Below, piece by piece: positions 1-8,299 of a stretch of 19,736 nt of DNA. Position 1 is the first letter of the stretch. The number at the start of each line of letters is the position of its first letter. The stretch comes from a bacterium. Lineage in GTDB: Bacteria > RBG-13-61-14 > DATKZS01. The notes under the pieces are model-generated. The model was given only the letters and a program-made list of their open reading frames with translations. It did not search any database and was not told the DNA's origin. Made by a program: the position numbers and the translations under genes. The stretch spans positions 1 to 19,736 of the forward strand of contig JAWOBU010000015.1 of NCBI GenBank assembly GCA_046484135.1, written 5' to 3'.

Positions 1-2
1 GA

Positions 3-86
3 GAGTCAGTGCCGCTGGACCCTCGACACAACGAAGAGGCCTGGGCCAAGAACCGTCGCGTACACTTCGCAGTAATACAGGATTGA
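3..86 (+). CDS. pal: Peptidoglycan-associated lipoprotein Pal (OmpA-like domain), 3' end only; truncated by window start
   Basis: My translation of frame 3 gives ESVPLDPRHNEEAWAKNRRVHFAVIQD*, the typical Pal/OmpA C-terminal motif (P.DP.HNEEAWAKNRR). Stop TGA at 84-86. Too short for the ORF track. Confidence 0.85.
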   Translation, partial: ESVPLDPRHNEEAWAKNRRVHFAVIQD

Positions 87-113
87 CAAAAGCTCGCGTC
101 AAATGAGTTTTAC

Positions 114-143
114 GGGCGGTCTCGAGAGGGGGCCGCCCTTTTT
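114..143 (+). terminator. Rho-independent terminator after pal
   Basis: GGGCGGTCTC (114-123) pairs with GGGGCCGCCC (129-138, two G-U pairs), followed by TTTTT (139-143). Lies between convergent genes. Confidence 0.75.
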
Positions 144-1215
144 ATTTCCTGACGGGTCCCCCCACCGGCTCGCCCGTGATCGGGTCCTCTGATATCCGCG
201 GTTCCGAACTCCTTATGTCCTTTAAAAAGCCGGGGAGAAAAGCCGCGCCCAAGACCGACCGGCCGCCGGTGAAAAAGGCGGAGAAAGTCATGCTGTAGGC
301 TGTAACCAGCGCTTCCTCCTGGAAGGCGTAAGGAAGAAGGATCATGGCCACCACCTGCGGGCCGCCGAATCCCCCGCCGGAGACCGGCATGAACGCCACT
401 CCCACCATGAGAGGACCGATAACGAAAAGCATGGGAAAGGGCACCTGGATGCCGAAAGCGTGAAGAGCAAGCCCGTGCGCCACTATCCCGGCAACCGCGA
501 TCATGAAGCGGGCCCCCTGGACCAGGAGGTAATGGTACCAGCGACTGAACCGGCAGGAGCGCAAGATGGGGTTTTTGGTTACAGGCTCCAGCCGCTTGAT
601 GTTTTTTATCGGCGTAAACCAGTAAACCGCGTAACCAAAGGCGACCAGCCACGGCACGGCAATCACCCAGAACCAGCGGCTCGAAAGCTCGGGAACCGCG
701 GGGAAGTAATGGTTGATGATAAGCGCCGCGGTGACCATGGCGTTGATTATGAAAAGGTCGTTCACCGAGGTAAAGGCGTTGGCTGACAAGGACCACGTTA
801 CCGGTGCGCCCTTCTTGCGGCGCAGGTAAGCCAGGTTGGCAATGGTGGAAAGTGGGGTGTACAAAGCATGAAATAAAAAGGTCCCCCAACGCGCCCGCAT
901 CGCCTCGACAACGCTTATGTCGGGAGCGGCGTACCACCGGTAACATAAGCCGTAGCTTATGAGGTCCCCCAACGCGAAAACCACGTTGAAACCCACCAGA
1001 GAAAGCACCAGAAGCTTCTTGTCCGCGTTCAGGAGGTAATAAAGGAAATCATCAAAACTGATCCTGCTGAAAATCCAGGCCAGGACCAGCGCCGTAAAAG
1101 CCCAGGGAAGCGCCTGCCTCCACAACGAGGGCCTTTTGTATCCCTCGTCCTCCAGCTCACGTACCAGCTCACGCGCGTCCGGACGGGTCCCCTTCTCTTG
1201 TTCCCGCTCTCCCAT
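142..1215 (-). CDS. Lysylphosphatidylglycerol synthase TM-domain (UPF0104/YbhN-like) putative flippase, 357 aa
   Basis: Polytopic membrane protein. N-terminal 'LPWAFTALVLAWIFSRISF..' helix, 'RW' after the second helix, and C-terminal 'FMPVSGGGFG' (P.S.GG.G motif of this family). Confidence 0.7.
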   Translation of the reverse strand: MGEREQEKGTRPDARELVRELEDEGYKRPSLWRQALPWAFTALVLAWIFSRISFDDFLYYLLNADKKLLVLSLVGFNVVFALGDLISYGLCYRWYAAPDISVVEAMRARWGTFLFHALYTPLSTIANLAYLRRKKGAPVTWSLSANAFTSVNDLFIINAMVTAALIINHYFPAVPELSSRWFWVIAVPWLVAFGYAVYWFTPIKNIKRLEPVTKNPILRSCRFSRWYHYLLVQGARFMIAVAGIVAHGLALHAFGIQVPFPMLFVIGPLMVGVAFMPVSGGGFGGPQVVAMILLPYAFQEEALVTAYSMTFSAFFTGGRSVLGAAFLPGFLKDIRSSEPRISEDPITGEPVGGPVRK

Positions 1216-1224
1216 TATCGAATC

Positions 1225-2124
1225 TCACCTGTCCCCTGCCGGAGCTTGGGAGGGACCGAAACCGCACCTCCACCGCGTTAGAACTCCCACAGTCGCGGGA
1301 AGAGAGGCCGACTCTTTCCGCGCCGACATGAACAAGGACCCGGCTTCCTTCCGGATGCGCTCCTCCAGCTCAGGCGAAACAGCGGGCAGCCACTCCATGC
1401 CCGCGGCTCCGCGAAGCTGATGATATAACCACAGCATCCCCGCGCGCATCTCCTTCTTTTTATCCTCATCCGCGCAAACGTACTCGCGCCGAACGATGGC
1501 GAACACCAGGTCGAAGTCGCGGTACTGACGCCGGGTCTGCCGCGTGCTTACGGCAAGGGACGCTTGCAAAGAACGGTCCAGCCGCTCCCGAGAATCGTTG
1601 TCCCAGGCATAACCAGGCCCGGCCGCAAGCTCCGCCCCGTACTCCAGGTAGTCCAGCAAAGCCTCGTACGCTTCGGCCGGAACCGACGGGATGCCGAAAA
1701 ACTCCGATCCCGGAAGCCCCGACCCTTCAGCGCCCAGCAAAAGATCAACATCCGAGCGGGAAACCTCGCCCCGACGCGAGAGCTCCCGGAGGCGTGCACG
1801 GGCAAGGTCCGACATCACCCGCCGCTTGGCCTGGCCGGCAAGCTCATGCGCGGTTACAAACCCGGAAGGTGTAAGGCTATCCAGCCGACGGTACACAGTG
1901 TCCGAAGGAAGCGGACCAAGAACATCTTGCACGCTCCGGCCCGCCGGAACCTCGCCGCCCATGATACTGATCAACCTTTCCCACGAAGAACCGGGCTGGG
2001 AAGGCTTGTCCTCTCCACCCAGGTCTTCCTCCACAAGGCCCGCACATAAAAAACCGGACAAAACAAAAATAAAAAGTGCCGTGGCCTGCTTTCTTAACCG
2101 ACCGCCTCTTACAGTGAGTTTCAT
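1225..2124 (-). CDS. Hypothetical exported/membrane-anchored protein, 299 aa
   Basis: The track ORF starts at 2244, but the ATG at 2124 overlaps the upstream stop (ATGA coupling with the YfhO-like gene). Basic N-region plus hydrophobic stretch (TALFIFVLSGFLCAG). Ends 9 nt before the next start. No recognised family. Confidence 0.7.
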   Translation of the reverse strand: MKLTVRGGRLRKQATALFIFVLSGFLCAGLVEEDLGGEDKPSQPGSSWERLISIMGGEVPAGRSVQDVLGPLPSDTVYRRLDSLTPSGFVTAHELAGQAKRRVMSDLARARLRELSRRGEVSRSDVDLLLGAEGSGLPGSEFFGIPSVPAEAYEALLDYLEYGAELAAGPGYAWDNDSRERLDRSLQASLAVSTRQTRRQYRDFDLVFAIVRREYVCADEDKKKEMRAGMLWLYHQLRGAAGMEWLPAVSPELEERIRKEAGSLFMSARKESASLPATVGVLTRWRCGFGPSQAPAGDR

Positions 2125-4298
2125 GGCATAACCTCTGTGTCCTTTTTCTCCGCACGCTTTTTGAACTTCACAATCATGGCCGCAAACACAACCAGTGCAG
2201 CTAAAGCCGACAGGCTCATCCAGAGGCCCAGCCGGAACCCCCACGGTTCATAAGTGAACCCGATCCTGTGCCGGCCTTCGCCGAGCTCAACACTTCTCAA
2301 AAACCCGGAAGCCATCTTCAGCTCTTTGTCCCCTGAAACAGCCCGCCAGCCCGGGAAACCGGTGTCCGCAAGAACCAGCCGACCCGGCCCTTCCGCTCTT
2401 ACCATGACCCGCTCTCCCGAGTAATCGGTTATGTTTGCTCTATCCGCTCCTGCTCCTTCTCCTTCAAAGAATACGCGCGGAAACGCCTGCCGGTTCTTGT
2501 AAACAAGAAAGCCGCTTTTTTGCATAAGCTCAAATCCACGCGCCGTAACCTCCTTGTCCGAAATAACGTAACTTACGCCCAGCCGGTCCACCAGGGGATG
2601 CTCCAGGTTCTTCCGCTCGATGTCGAATGACCAGCCGTGGCTGAAAAAGTTCGCTACAGCTTTGTCCATGGAAAATCCTTCGATCTCCGCCATGGCCTCC
2701 ACGTAACTGCGGGGGTACATGGCTTCGAAAACTCTTATGTCACATACATTGTAAAGCAGGTTCAGGCTGTGATGATGATAGTTGCCTTTGGGGTCACGCG
2801 CCGTGCCGGTAAAGCGGGGATGCCCCCTGTCGGTTATTACCGGGGCCAGCTCCGGCGGAGGCGCGGGCTTATGATATCGCACCCGCGCGGGATCGTAAGC
2901 CGAACTTATATCATATCCTTGAAAGCACATGAGAAGCTCGAAAACACAGACTGCCGCGACCACAGCAGCCCATCGCCCTGGCCGAGCGCTTTTTCCGAGC
3001 CTCTGTCTGAACAAAAGGACAAAGCCGGTAACGGCAAGAGAGAGAAAGGGGACGAGAAAACCGGTCAGGCTGAAAGCATTCAACCGAAGTAAAGAAAAAG
3101 CACCGCCGCCCAGCACCAGGATCGAAACCACGGCCAGGGCGGGAGCGGCCCGCTTGCCGCTGTAGGTGCCCCGCAAAAGGTTCTCCACTCCGTGGCCGGA
3201 AAGCAGGGCCACGAAAAGCGAGACCCCGGCCATGGCGAACTTGGCGTTCCCGCTCCGGTCGAAAGGAGGAACATGGCTTAAGAAACCCAAAGGCGGCGAG
3301 TTGTACACCAGGGCCAGGAGCACCGCCACTCCCGCGGTAAAAAACATGGAGTGGCGCGTCCGGTAAGGCTGGGATGCTCCCAGCATCGCCAGAAAAAGAA
3401 CGGATGCCCCCACGTAAGGAGCGACCAGCAGTAGCTGCCTGCCCTGCCCTTTCATTCCCGCAATCCAGGGAGCGACAAGGGTGGTGATGTAACGCGGAGA
3501 ATGAGCGCCCACCTGGTGAAGCCCCGGATCGTGGATGTGCCATCCCGCGCCCAGGTACTCGATAAAAGGCACGAGCTGCAAAGAAGCAAGCACGGCTCCC
3601 GCAACAAACGGTCCCGCAAAACCGAGTACCAGCCAGGACGGCAAAGGCCTCTTGCCGGCCCCCAGAAAAACAGCGTAGAAAAGAGCCAGAAGAGAAACGT
3701 AAAAAGCGGCCTCCGGATTGCCGCCGCAAAAAACCAGGGCGAAGAGCACCGAGCTTAAAACAAAATAACGAAGACCAGCTTTTCTGCTTTGCAAAAAGAT
3801 TAATAATAAAAGCGCGGGCAGCCACATCTCGCTGGCAAGGCTCACCTGGTTCATATGCTTCATAACGTAACCGGAAAAGGCAAAGGCAAGTCCCGCCGGC
3901 ACGGCGCTGATGCGGGACAGACCGATCGCGCGCGCGAAAAGGTAAGTGAAGGTTCCGGACAGTGCAATCCTTATGACCACCATAACATCCAGAACCCGGA
4001 GGGACGGCCAGGCAAAGAACGGCCACTTCATCGGGTTCAGGACCGAGCTCTGCAGGTTGGCGAGGTGCGGCATGCCCGTGCCGGAAAGATGGTTCCACAA
4101 CGGAAAAAAGCCCAACCGGAGCGAACGGGCGCTGAAAACGTCCCACGGATACAAGCTCAAAATGGAAGCAGGGTCCTCCACCACTGCCAGGTAAAGATAA
4201 TGTCCTTCCCGGAACATATCTCCCAACTGAAAGAACAACACAGCCAGGACCCCGGCGAAAAACAAAATCGCTTCCTTGCTTTTTACCATAAGGCCCAT
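2121..4298 (-). CDS. YfhO-family membrane protein (GT-C-fold glycosyltransferase-like), 725 aa
   Basis: 'G.FPLWN.LSGTGMP.LANLQS.VLNP' N-terminal motif, many TM helices, 'A..QLVPFIEY', 'YVG', and the C-terminal YfhO domain 'LVLADT.FPGWRA...G.H.I.F.YEP..FRLG'. Confidence 0.85.
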   Translation of the reverse strand: MGLMVKSKEAILFFAGVLAVLFFQLGDMFREGHYLYLAVVEDPASILSLYPWDVFSARSLRLGFFPLWNHLSGTGMPHLANLQSSVLNPMKWPFFAWPSLRVLDVMVVIRIALSGTFTYLFARAIGLSRISAVPAGLAFAFSGYVMKHMNQVSLASEMWLPALLLLIFLQSRKAGLRYFVLSSVLFALVFCGGNPEAAFYVSLLALFYAVFLGAGKRPLPSWLVLGFAGPFVAGAVLASLQLVPFIEYLGAGWHIHDPGLHQVGAHSPRYITTLVAPWIAGMKGQGRQLLLVAPYVGASVLFLAMLGASQPYRTRHSMFFTAGVAVLLALVYNSPPLGFLSHVPPFDRSGNAKFAMAGVSLFVALLSGHGVENLLRGTYSGKRAAPALAVVSILVLGGGAFSLLRLNAFSLTGFLVPFLSLAVTGFVLLFRQRLGKSARPGRWAAVVAAVCVFELLMCFQGYDISSAYDPARVRYHKPAPPPELAPVITDRGHPRFTGTARDPKGNYHHHSLNLLYNVCDIRVFEAMYPRSYVEAMAEIEGFSMDKAVANFFSHGWSFDIERKNLEHPLVDRLGVSYVISDKEVTARGFELMQKSGFLVYKNRQAFPRVFFEGEGAGADRANITDYSGERVMVRAEGPGRLVLADTGFPGWRAVSGDKELKMASGFLRSVELGEGRHRIGFTYEPWGFRLGLWMSLSALAALVVFAAMIVKFKKRAEKKDTEVMP

Positions 4299-4403
4299 TT
4301 AATCTTATCCCGCCTTTGCCTGCAAACCCCTGCTCCGACAGAGGACCGGCCAAAACCCGCACCACGTGATACCTCCGCTCTCTTCTGTTAACATGAAACC
4401 AGT

Positions 4404-5465
4404 ATGAAAAAACCGCCCGAGAACTATGAGCCTTCCCGCATCCTGGTTATACAGCTCCGCCAGATCGGGGACGTGCTTCTTACAACGCCTGCGCTCCGGG
4501 CGCTCCGAAAGCGTTTTCCCGCCGCCCGTATCTCTTTCCTGGCGGACAAGGTGCCCGCCCGGGTTCTCGAAGAAAACCCGAACCTGGACGAAATCATAAG
4601 GCGCGGCCCTGAAGAAGGAAAGCTGGAACCCCTCCGGACCATAAACAAGGTCCGCAAAGGAAAGTATGACCTCGTGATTGACTTCCTCGCCAATCCCCGT
4701 ACCACTGTCCTGTCCGTGCTTTCGGGGGCCGAGGTCACCATGAGCTTTGCCGGAAGCCGCCGGAGCCGCTTTTACACCCTGGCGGTGGAGGCGGAGGGGA
4801 TCTTCTCTGCCCGGCAGAAGCTCTCTCTGCTCCGCGTGCTGGGCTGCGATACTGATGACCTGGAGCTGGAGATGCCGGTGCCGGAAGGGGCCAGGGAGAA
4901 GATGGAAAACTGGCTGCAAAGCCAAACCGGGTTGAAAAGGCCGCTGGTCTGCCTCGAGCCTTTCTCGAAGTGGCCGGTGCTCGAGTACCCGAACCGTTAC
5001 CACCGCGAGCTCGCCCGCATGATGATTGAAAAATGGGACGCGACCGTGGTGCTCTGCTGGGGACCGGGCCGGGAGGAAGAAGCGCGCCGGATGGTGCAGA
5101 ACACGCCCGCATCACTGTGGCTTGCTCCCCCGACCGACCTTCTCGAGGCCGCGGCTCTTTATCAAAAAGCGGACTTGTGGGTTGGGAACGACGGTGGAGC
5201 GCGACACGTGGCCGCGGGCCAGGGCGTGCCTACCTTTGCCGTGTTCGGTCCCACCGGCCACGAATGGACGCCCGCAGGCGAAACCCATCAGAGCGTGGCC
5301 AATGACAACATCCCCTGCCGGCCCTGCAATAAGAGGTACTGTCCGGAAGGCCACCACGACTGCATGAACGGGTTCCAACCGGAAGAGGTCTTTAACCTGC
5401 TGGATCGTTTCTTCCAAAGTCTTCAGGCCTCTCAACAGGAAACCAGAGGGAGAGCGGAAAATTGA
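4404..5465 (+). CDS. Glycosyltransferase family 9 (ADP-heptose:LPS heptosyltransferase-like), 353 aa
   Basis: 'ILVIQLRQIGDVLLTTP.L.ALR..FP.A.I', 'YDLVIDF', 'VGNDGG..HVAA..GVPT..VFGPT', and C-terminal 'CRPC...CP.GHH.CM'. Confidence 0.92.
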   Translation: MKKPPENYEPSRILVIQLRQIGDVLLTTPALRALRKRFPAARISFLADKVPARVLEENPNLDEIIRRGPEEGKLEPLRTINKVRKGKYDLVIDFLANPRTTVLSVLSGAEVTMSFAGSRRSRFYTLAVEAEGIFSARQKLSLLRVLGCDTDDLELEMPVPEGAREKMENWLQSQTGLKRPLVCLEPFSKWPVLEYPNRYHRELARMMIEKWDATVVLCWGPGREEEARRMVQNTPASLWLAPPTDLLEAAALYQKADLWVGNDGGARHVAAGQGVPTFAVFGPTGHEWTPAGETHQSVANDNIPCRPCNKRYCPEGHHDCMNGFQPEEVFNLLDRFFQSLQASQQETRGRAEN

Positions 5466-6514
5466 GCGCCGGGACCGCGCCTACTCCCCGCGTGCTTCTC
5501 ATCCGGATCGGGGCCATCGGAAACGCCCTGGTGTCGGTGCCGGCCATCCGCGGCCTGCGGAAGGCATGGCCGGACGCCTACCTGTGCCTGGTCGGAGACC
5601 CCCTGACCCTCGAGCTGCTCCAGCCTTCTCCATACCTGGACGAGACCATCAGCTACGACAACAAGGGACCGCAAAAGGCGGGACCGGGATACGCCCGCTT
5701 CATAAGAGAGCTCCGAAAAAGACGCTTCACCCATGCAGTGCACTTCCGAAGGTATCTTCGCTCCGAGCTCATGGGTTTCCTGTCCGGCGCTCCCGTCCGG
5801 GTGGGGTTTGCCACTGAAGCGCGGCTCCAGCTTTTAAACCGAAAGGTCGAGTACCGGCAGGGAGAGAACGTGATCGAGCTGAACCTGGAGCTGGTCCGGG
5901 CTTTGGGGGTGGACGCGCACGACCGGCGCCTCGAGTGCTGGCCCGCCGGGGAAAGCGATCGGGTCGAGGCACTGATAGACAAAGCTTGTGGATCAGGGCC
6001 GCTGGTGGTAATACATCCTGCGGGCGCGACTCAACGGGAGCAGCTCTGGCCCGGGTTCGGCGAGCTTGCCGGCATGCTGAAAAAAGAACTTGACGCCCGG
6101 GTAATAATGATCGGCGCTCCTTCGGAGAAAGAGCTGGTCGAGAAAACGGCGTCGAGTGCGCGAGTGCCGGCCGCCATTGGATTCCCGCTCAATGAAGTGG
6201 CCCTGCTCATCCAAAAGGCGGACCTGTTCTGCGGCACCGACTCAGGGCCCGCCCACATCGCGGACGCAGTACACACCCCCGGCGGAATCATCTACGCGCC
6301 CCATAAGCGGCTGGACCGCCAGCTTAAAAAGTGGAAGCCGGAAGGAGAGGATTACCTCGCTTTTACGCCGGAGACAGACTGTAACAGCTGTCCGCGGGAG
6401 ACCTGCACCACCGAGGACAAGAGACGTTGCGCGGCTTCCATACCCGCTCCCCGCGTCTGCAAGGGCTTAAAGGAGTTACACGAGAGAAGAAAAGCATCCG
6501 CCGGTTGCGGCTGA
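5462..6514 (+). CDS. Glycosyltransferase family 9 paralogue, 350 aa (TTG start overlapping the previous stop)
   Basis: 'VLLIRIGAIGNALVS.PAI..LR..WP.A', 'VIHPAG', 'ADLFCGTDSGPAHIA', Cys-rich C-terminus. TTGA overlap with the upstream GT9. Confidence 0.88.
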   Translation: MSAGTAPTPRVLLIRIGAIGNALVSVPAIRGLRKAWPDAYLCLVGDPLTLELLQPSPYLDETISYDNKGPQKAGPGYARFIRELRKRRFTHAVHFRRYLRSELMGFLSGAPVRVGFATEARLQLLNRKVEYRQGENVIELNLELVRALGVDAHDRRLECWPAGESDRVEALIDKACGSGPLVVIHPAGATQREQLWPGFGELAGMLKKELDARVIMIGAPSEKELVEKTASSARVPAAIGFPLNEVALLIQKADLFCGTDSGPAHIADAVHTPGGIIYAPHKRLDRQLKKWKPEGEDYLAFTPETDCNSCPRETCTTEDKRRCAASIPAPRVCKGLKELHERRKASAGCG

Positions 6515-6579
6515 ACAAGGCACGTGCTACAGCCGGAAAGAGATGTTATAACTAGAGGGAGGAACAAGGAGGTATTGAC

Positions 6580-6975
6580 ATGGCGGAGACACTGGGAAGC
6601 CTGATTGATAAGCTGACCATAGCCAACATCCGGCTCTGGCACCTGGAGGACGTACGGCGGGACAGGAACCTGCCGGACGAGGACAGACTTGCTGCCGCGG
6701 ATGCCATCTCCGAGGTGAACAAGCAAAGGAACGACCTTATAGACGAGATAGACGAGTTCCTTTATAAAGCGGCTCACGGCCAGGTAAAGCTGAAAGCCCC
6801 CAAGGTCAAGATGTACAAAAAGTTCAGGCTGACGCCGGAGGACGAGGCACGTTCCGAAGAGCTGGCCCGCAGCAGCGACGCCGCGGCGAGAGCCAGGAAA
6901 AAACCTGCCAAGAGCTCGAAAACCAAAAAAGACTCCGCTAAAAAGCCGGCGAAGAAGAAGGCCAAAAAGAAATAA
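6580..6975 (+). CDS. DUF4254-like protein with Lys/Ala-rich C-terminal tail, 131 aa
   Basis: 'ETLGSLIDKLTI', 'LWHLED..R' and 'N.QRNDLIDEID' are DUF4254-type motifs. Strong SD (AAGGAGG) upstream. Tail KKPAKSSKTKKDSAKKPAKKKAKKK. Confidence 0.75.
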   Translation: MAETLGSLIDKLTIANIRLWHLEDVRRDRNLPDEDRLAAADAISEVNKQRNDLIDEIDEFLYKAAHGQVKLKAPKVKMYKKFRLTPEDEARSEELARSSDAAARARKKPAKSSKTKKDSAKKPAKKKAKKK

Positions 6976-7016
6976 CCTGCTTTGGCGGACCTGCCGCGTT
7001 TTGCCGGAGCGCCGTA

Positions 7017-7045
7017 TTGACTGTATCCGGCGGGGCTTGTATTAT
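7017..7045 (+). promoter_or_regulatory. Sigma70-type promoter for the Zn-finger/ppiC/surA/pdxA operon
   Basis: TTGACT (7017-7022), 17-nt spacer, TATTAT (7040-7045), followed by SD GAGGAGG and GTG at 7071. Confidence 0.6.
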
Positions 7046-7070
7046 CAATAACCTAGAGGAGGTTTTTGCC

Positions 7071-7298
7071 GTGAAGAAACAATCGGAATGTAAGATCGAA
7101 GGATGTGGTCGTCCAGTCCGGGCCAAGGGATATTGCGATCGCCATTACAAGAAGTGGAAAAAGGGCGCTTATGGCAAGACCCGGTACAAACCTTGCCGGG
7201 AGGAGGACTGCACGGCCCGCCGCTATCAAAAGGCTTACTGCAAAGACCACTATTACAGCGTGTTTCTGAAGAAGCCTGCCGAGGGAGCTGAATCATGA
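7071..7298 (+). CDS. Small basic protein with two C-x4-C-x9-C-x2-H motifs (myxobacterial 'vegetative protein'/VegA-like), 75 aa
   Basis: GTG start with a strong SD. CKIEGCGRPVRAKGYCDRHY and CREEDCTARRYQKAYCKDHY. ATGA overlap with the next gene. The track start at 7017 falls in the -35 box. Confidence 0.75.
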   Translation: MKKQSECKIEGCGRPVRAKGYCDRHYKKWKKGAYGKTRYKPCREEDCTARRYQKAYCKDHYYSVFLKKPAEGAES

Positions 7299-8299
7299 AG
7301 AAGGCCATAGTCGCTCTTTTGTTTATCTCGGCCGTTATTGTGGCTGTAATTATTATTACGAGCGGGTCCGAGGAAACGAAGATGGGCTCGGACGTACTGG
7401 TCAGGGTCAACGGCGAGCCCATTCGGACCAGCGACGTTCAATGGTCATGGTCCATGCTTCCGGCCGACGAGAAGAAGAAATACATGGGTCCGAACGGTTT
7501 CTCGGAGCTTCTGAACGAGCTGATCGTATGGAAGCTCATGGCCATGAAGGCGGAAAAGAAGGGCCTGGACGAGGAGCCGCAAGTAAAAAGGAGAGTCGAG
7601 AACTTCCGGCAGAACCTGCTGGTTAATGCGCTTATAAACCAGACCATAACGGAGGAAGAGGTTTTCAATTACTTTCAGAACCACTACATGCACGCCGTTT
7701 TCATAATGGTCCAATATCTGGAGGACGCCTCTGACTCGGAGATCGAAAAAGCGCGGAAGCTGGCTCAGAAAATACATGCCGAGCTGGCGGATTCCGGTGA
7801 GTTCAAGAAGGCGGGCGAGAAGTACGCGAGCGAGTACGAGAACGTGAAAACCGGTGACATGGGATACCTGACCAAGGAGGACGTGGCCGAGCAGGCCGGA
7901 CAGGCGGTGGCAGAGGTCCTGTTCGGTCTCGAGAACCCGGGGGAGATCAGCGAGCCGGTCAAGTCCAGGGAAGGCTACTTCATCTTCATGGCGTTGGAAC
8001 CTCCACAGAACCTGAACCCGAGAGGAATGTCCTCCGAGCTTCGAACCAGGCTGAGGAACATGAAGAGAGAAGAGATCATCCGCTCCTATGCCAACGAGTT
8101 CAAGACCTCGGAGGTCAAGGTACAAAAGAACGAGAAAGCCATCCAGGACCTTTTGGAGACCTTTAAATCGCAATGGGAAGGTTCGGGGCAAAAGCGGGAG
8201 ATGCCGGCTCCCGCGACCGGCTCGACCGCGGGCAAACCTCTGGACAGTGTAAGAGAGGTGGTAGGCGGAACCCAGCAAGAGGAAGACACGTCTCCATGA
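7295..8299 (+). CDS. PpiC/parvulin-type peptidyl-prolyl isomerase / foldase (PrsA/EpsD-like), 334 aa
   Basis: N-terminal TM/signal, 'VRVNGEPI', 'L.ELI...LM...A...GLD', 'GDMGYL', and 'GEISEPVKS..GYFIF'. Confidence 0.8.
   Translation: MKKAIVALLFISAVIVAVIIITSGSEETKMGSDVLVRVNGEPIRTSDVQWSWSMLPADEKKKYMGPNGFSELLNELIVWKLMAMKAEKKGLDEEPQVKRRVENFRQNLLVNALINQTITEEEVFNYFQNHYMHAVFIMVQYLEDASDSEIEKARKLAQKIHAELADSGEFKKAGEKYASEYENVKTGDMGYLTKEDVAEQAGQAVAEVLFGLENPGEISEPVKSREGYFIFMALEPPQNLNPRGMSSELRTRLRNMKREEIIRSYANEFKTSEVKVQKNEKAIQDLLETFKSQWEGSGQKREMPAPATGSTAGKPLDSVREVVGGTQQEEDTSP

Noticed and set aside
78..90. 13-nt inverted match CAGGATTGACAAA to 15767-15779
   Set aside because: A few 13-mer matches are expected by chance in 20 kb, and it does not extend.
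541..550. GCGACTGAAC, partial match to the REP-like core
   Set aside because: Only 10 nt, inside a CDS, and lacking the second palindrome arm.
2125..2244. Cys-rich N-terminal extension (CTGCVCGHDC) of the track ORF 1225..2244
   Set aside because: Overlaps the YfhO C-terminal helix in another frame. The coupled ATG at 2124 is the better start.
2911..4365. 484-aa alternative-frame ORF overlapping the YfhO-like gene on the same strand
   Set aside because: R/G/P/S-rich with no motifs, and almost fully inside a well-supported gene. Long shadow ORFs are expected in GC-rich DNA.
6519..6552. Possible sigma54 (GGCAC...GC) or extended -10 promoter before DUF4254
   Set aside because: GG-to-GC spacing is 11 rather than 10, and the -10 (TATAAC) lacks the final T. 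Support is insufficient.
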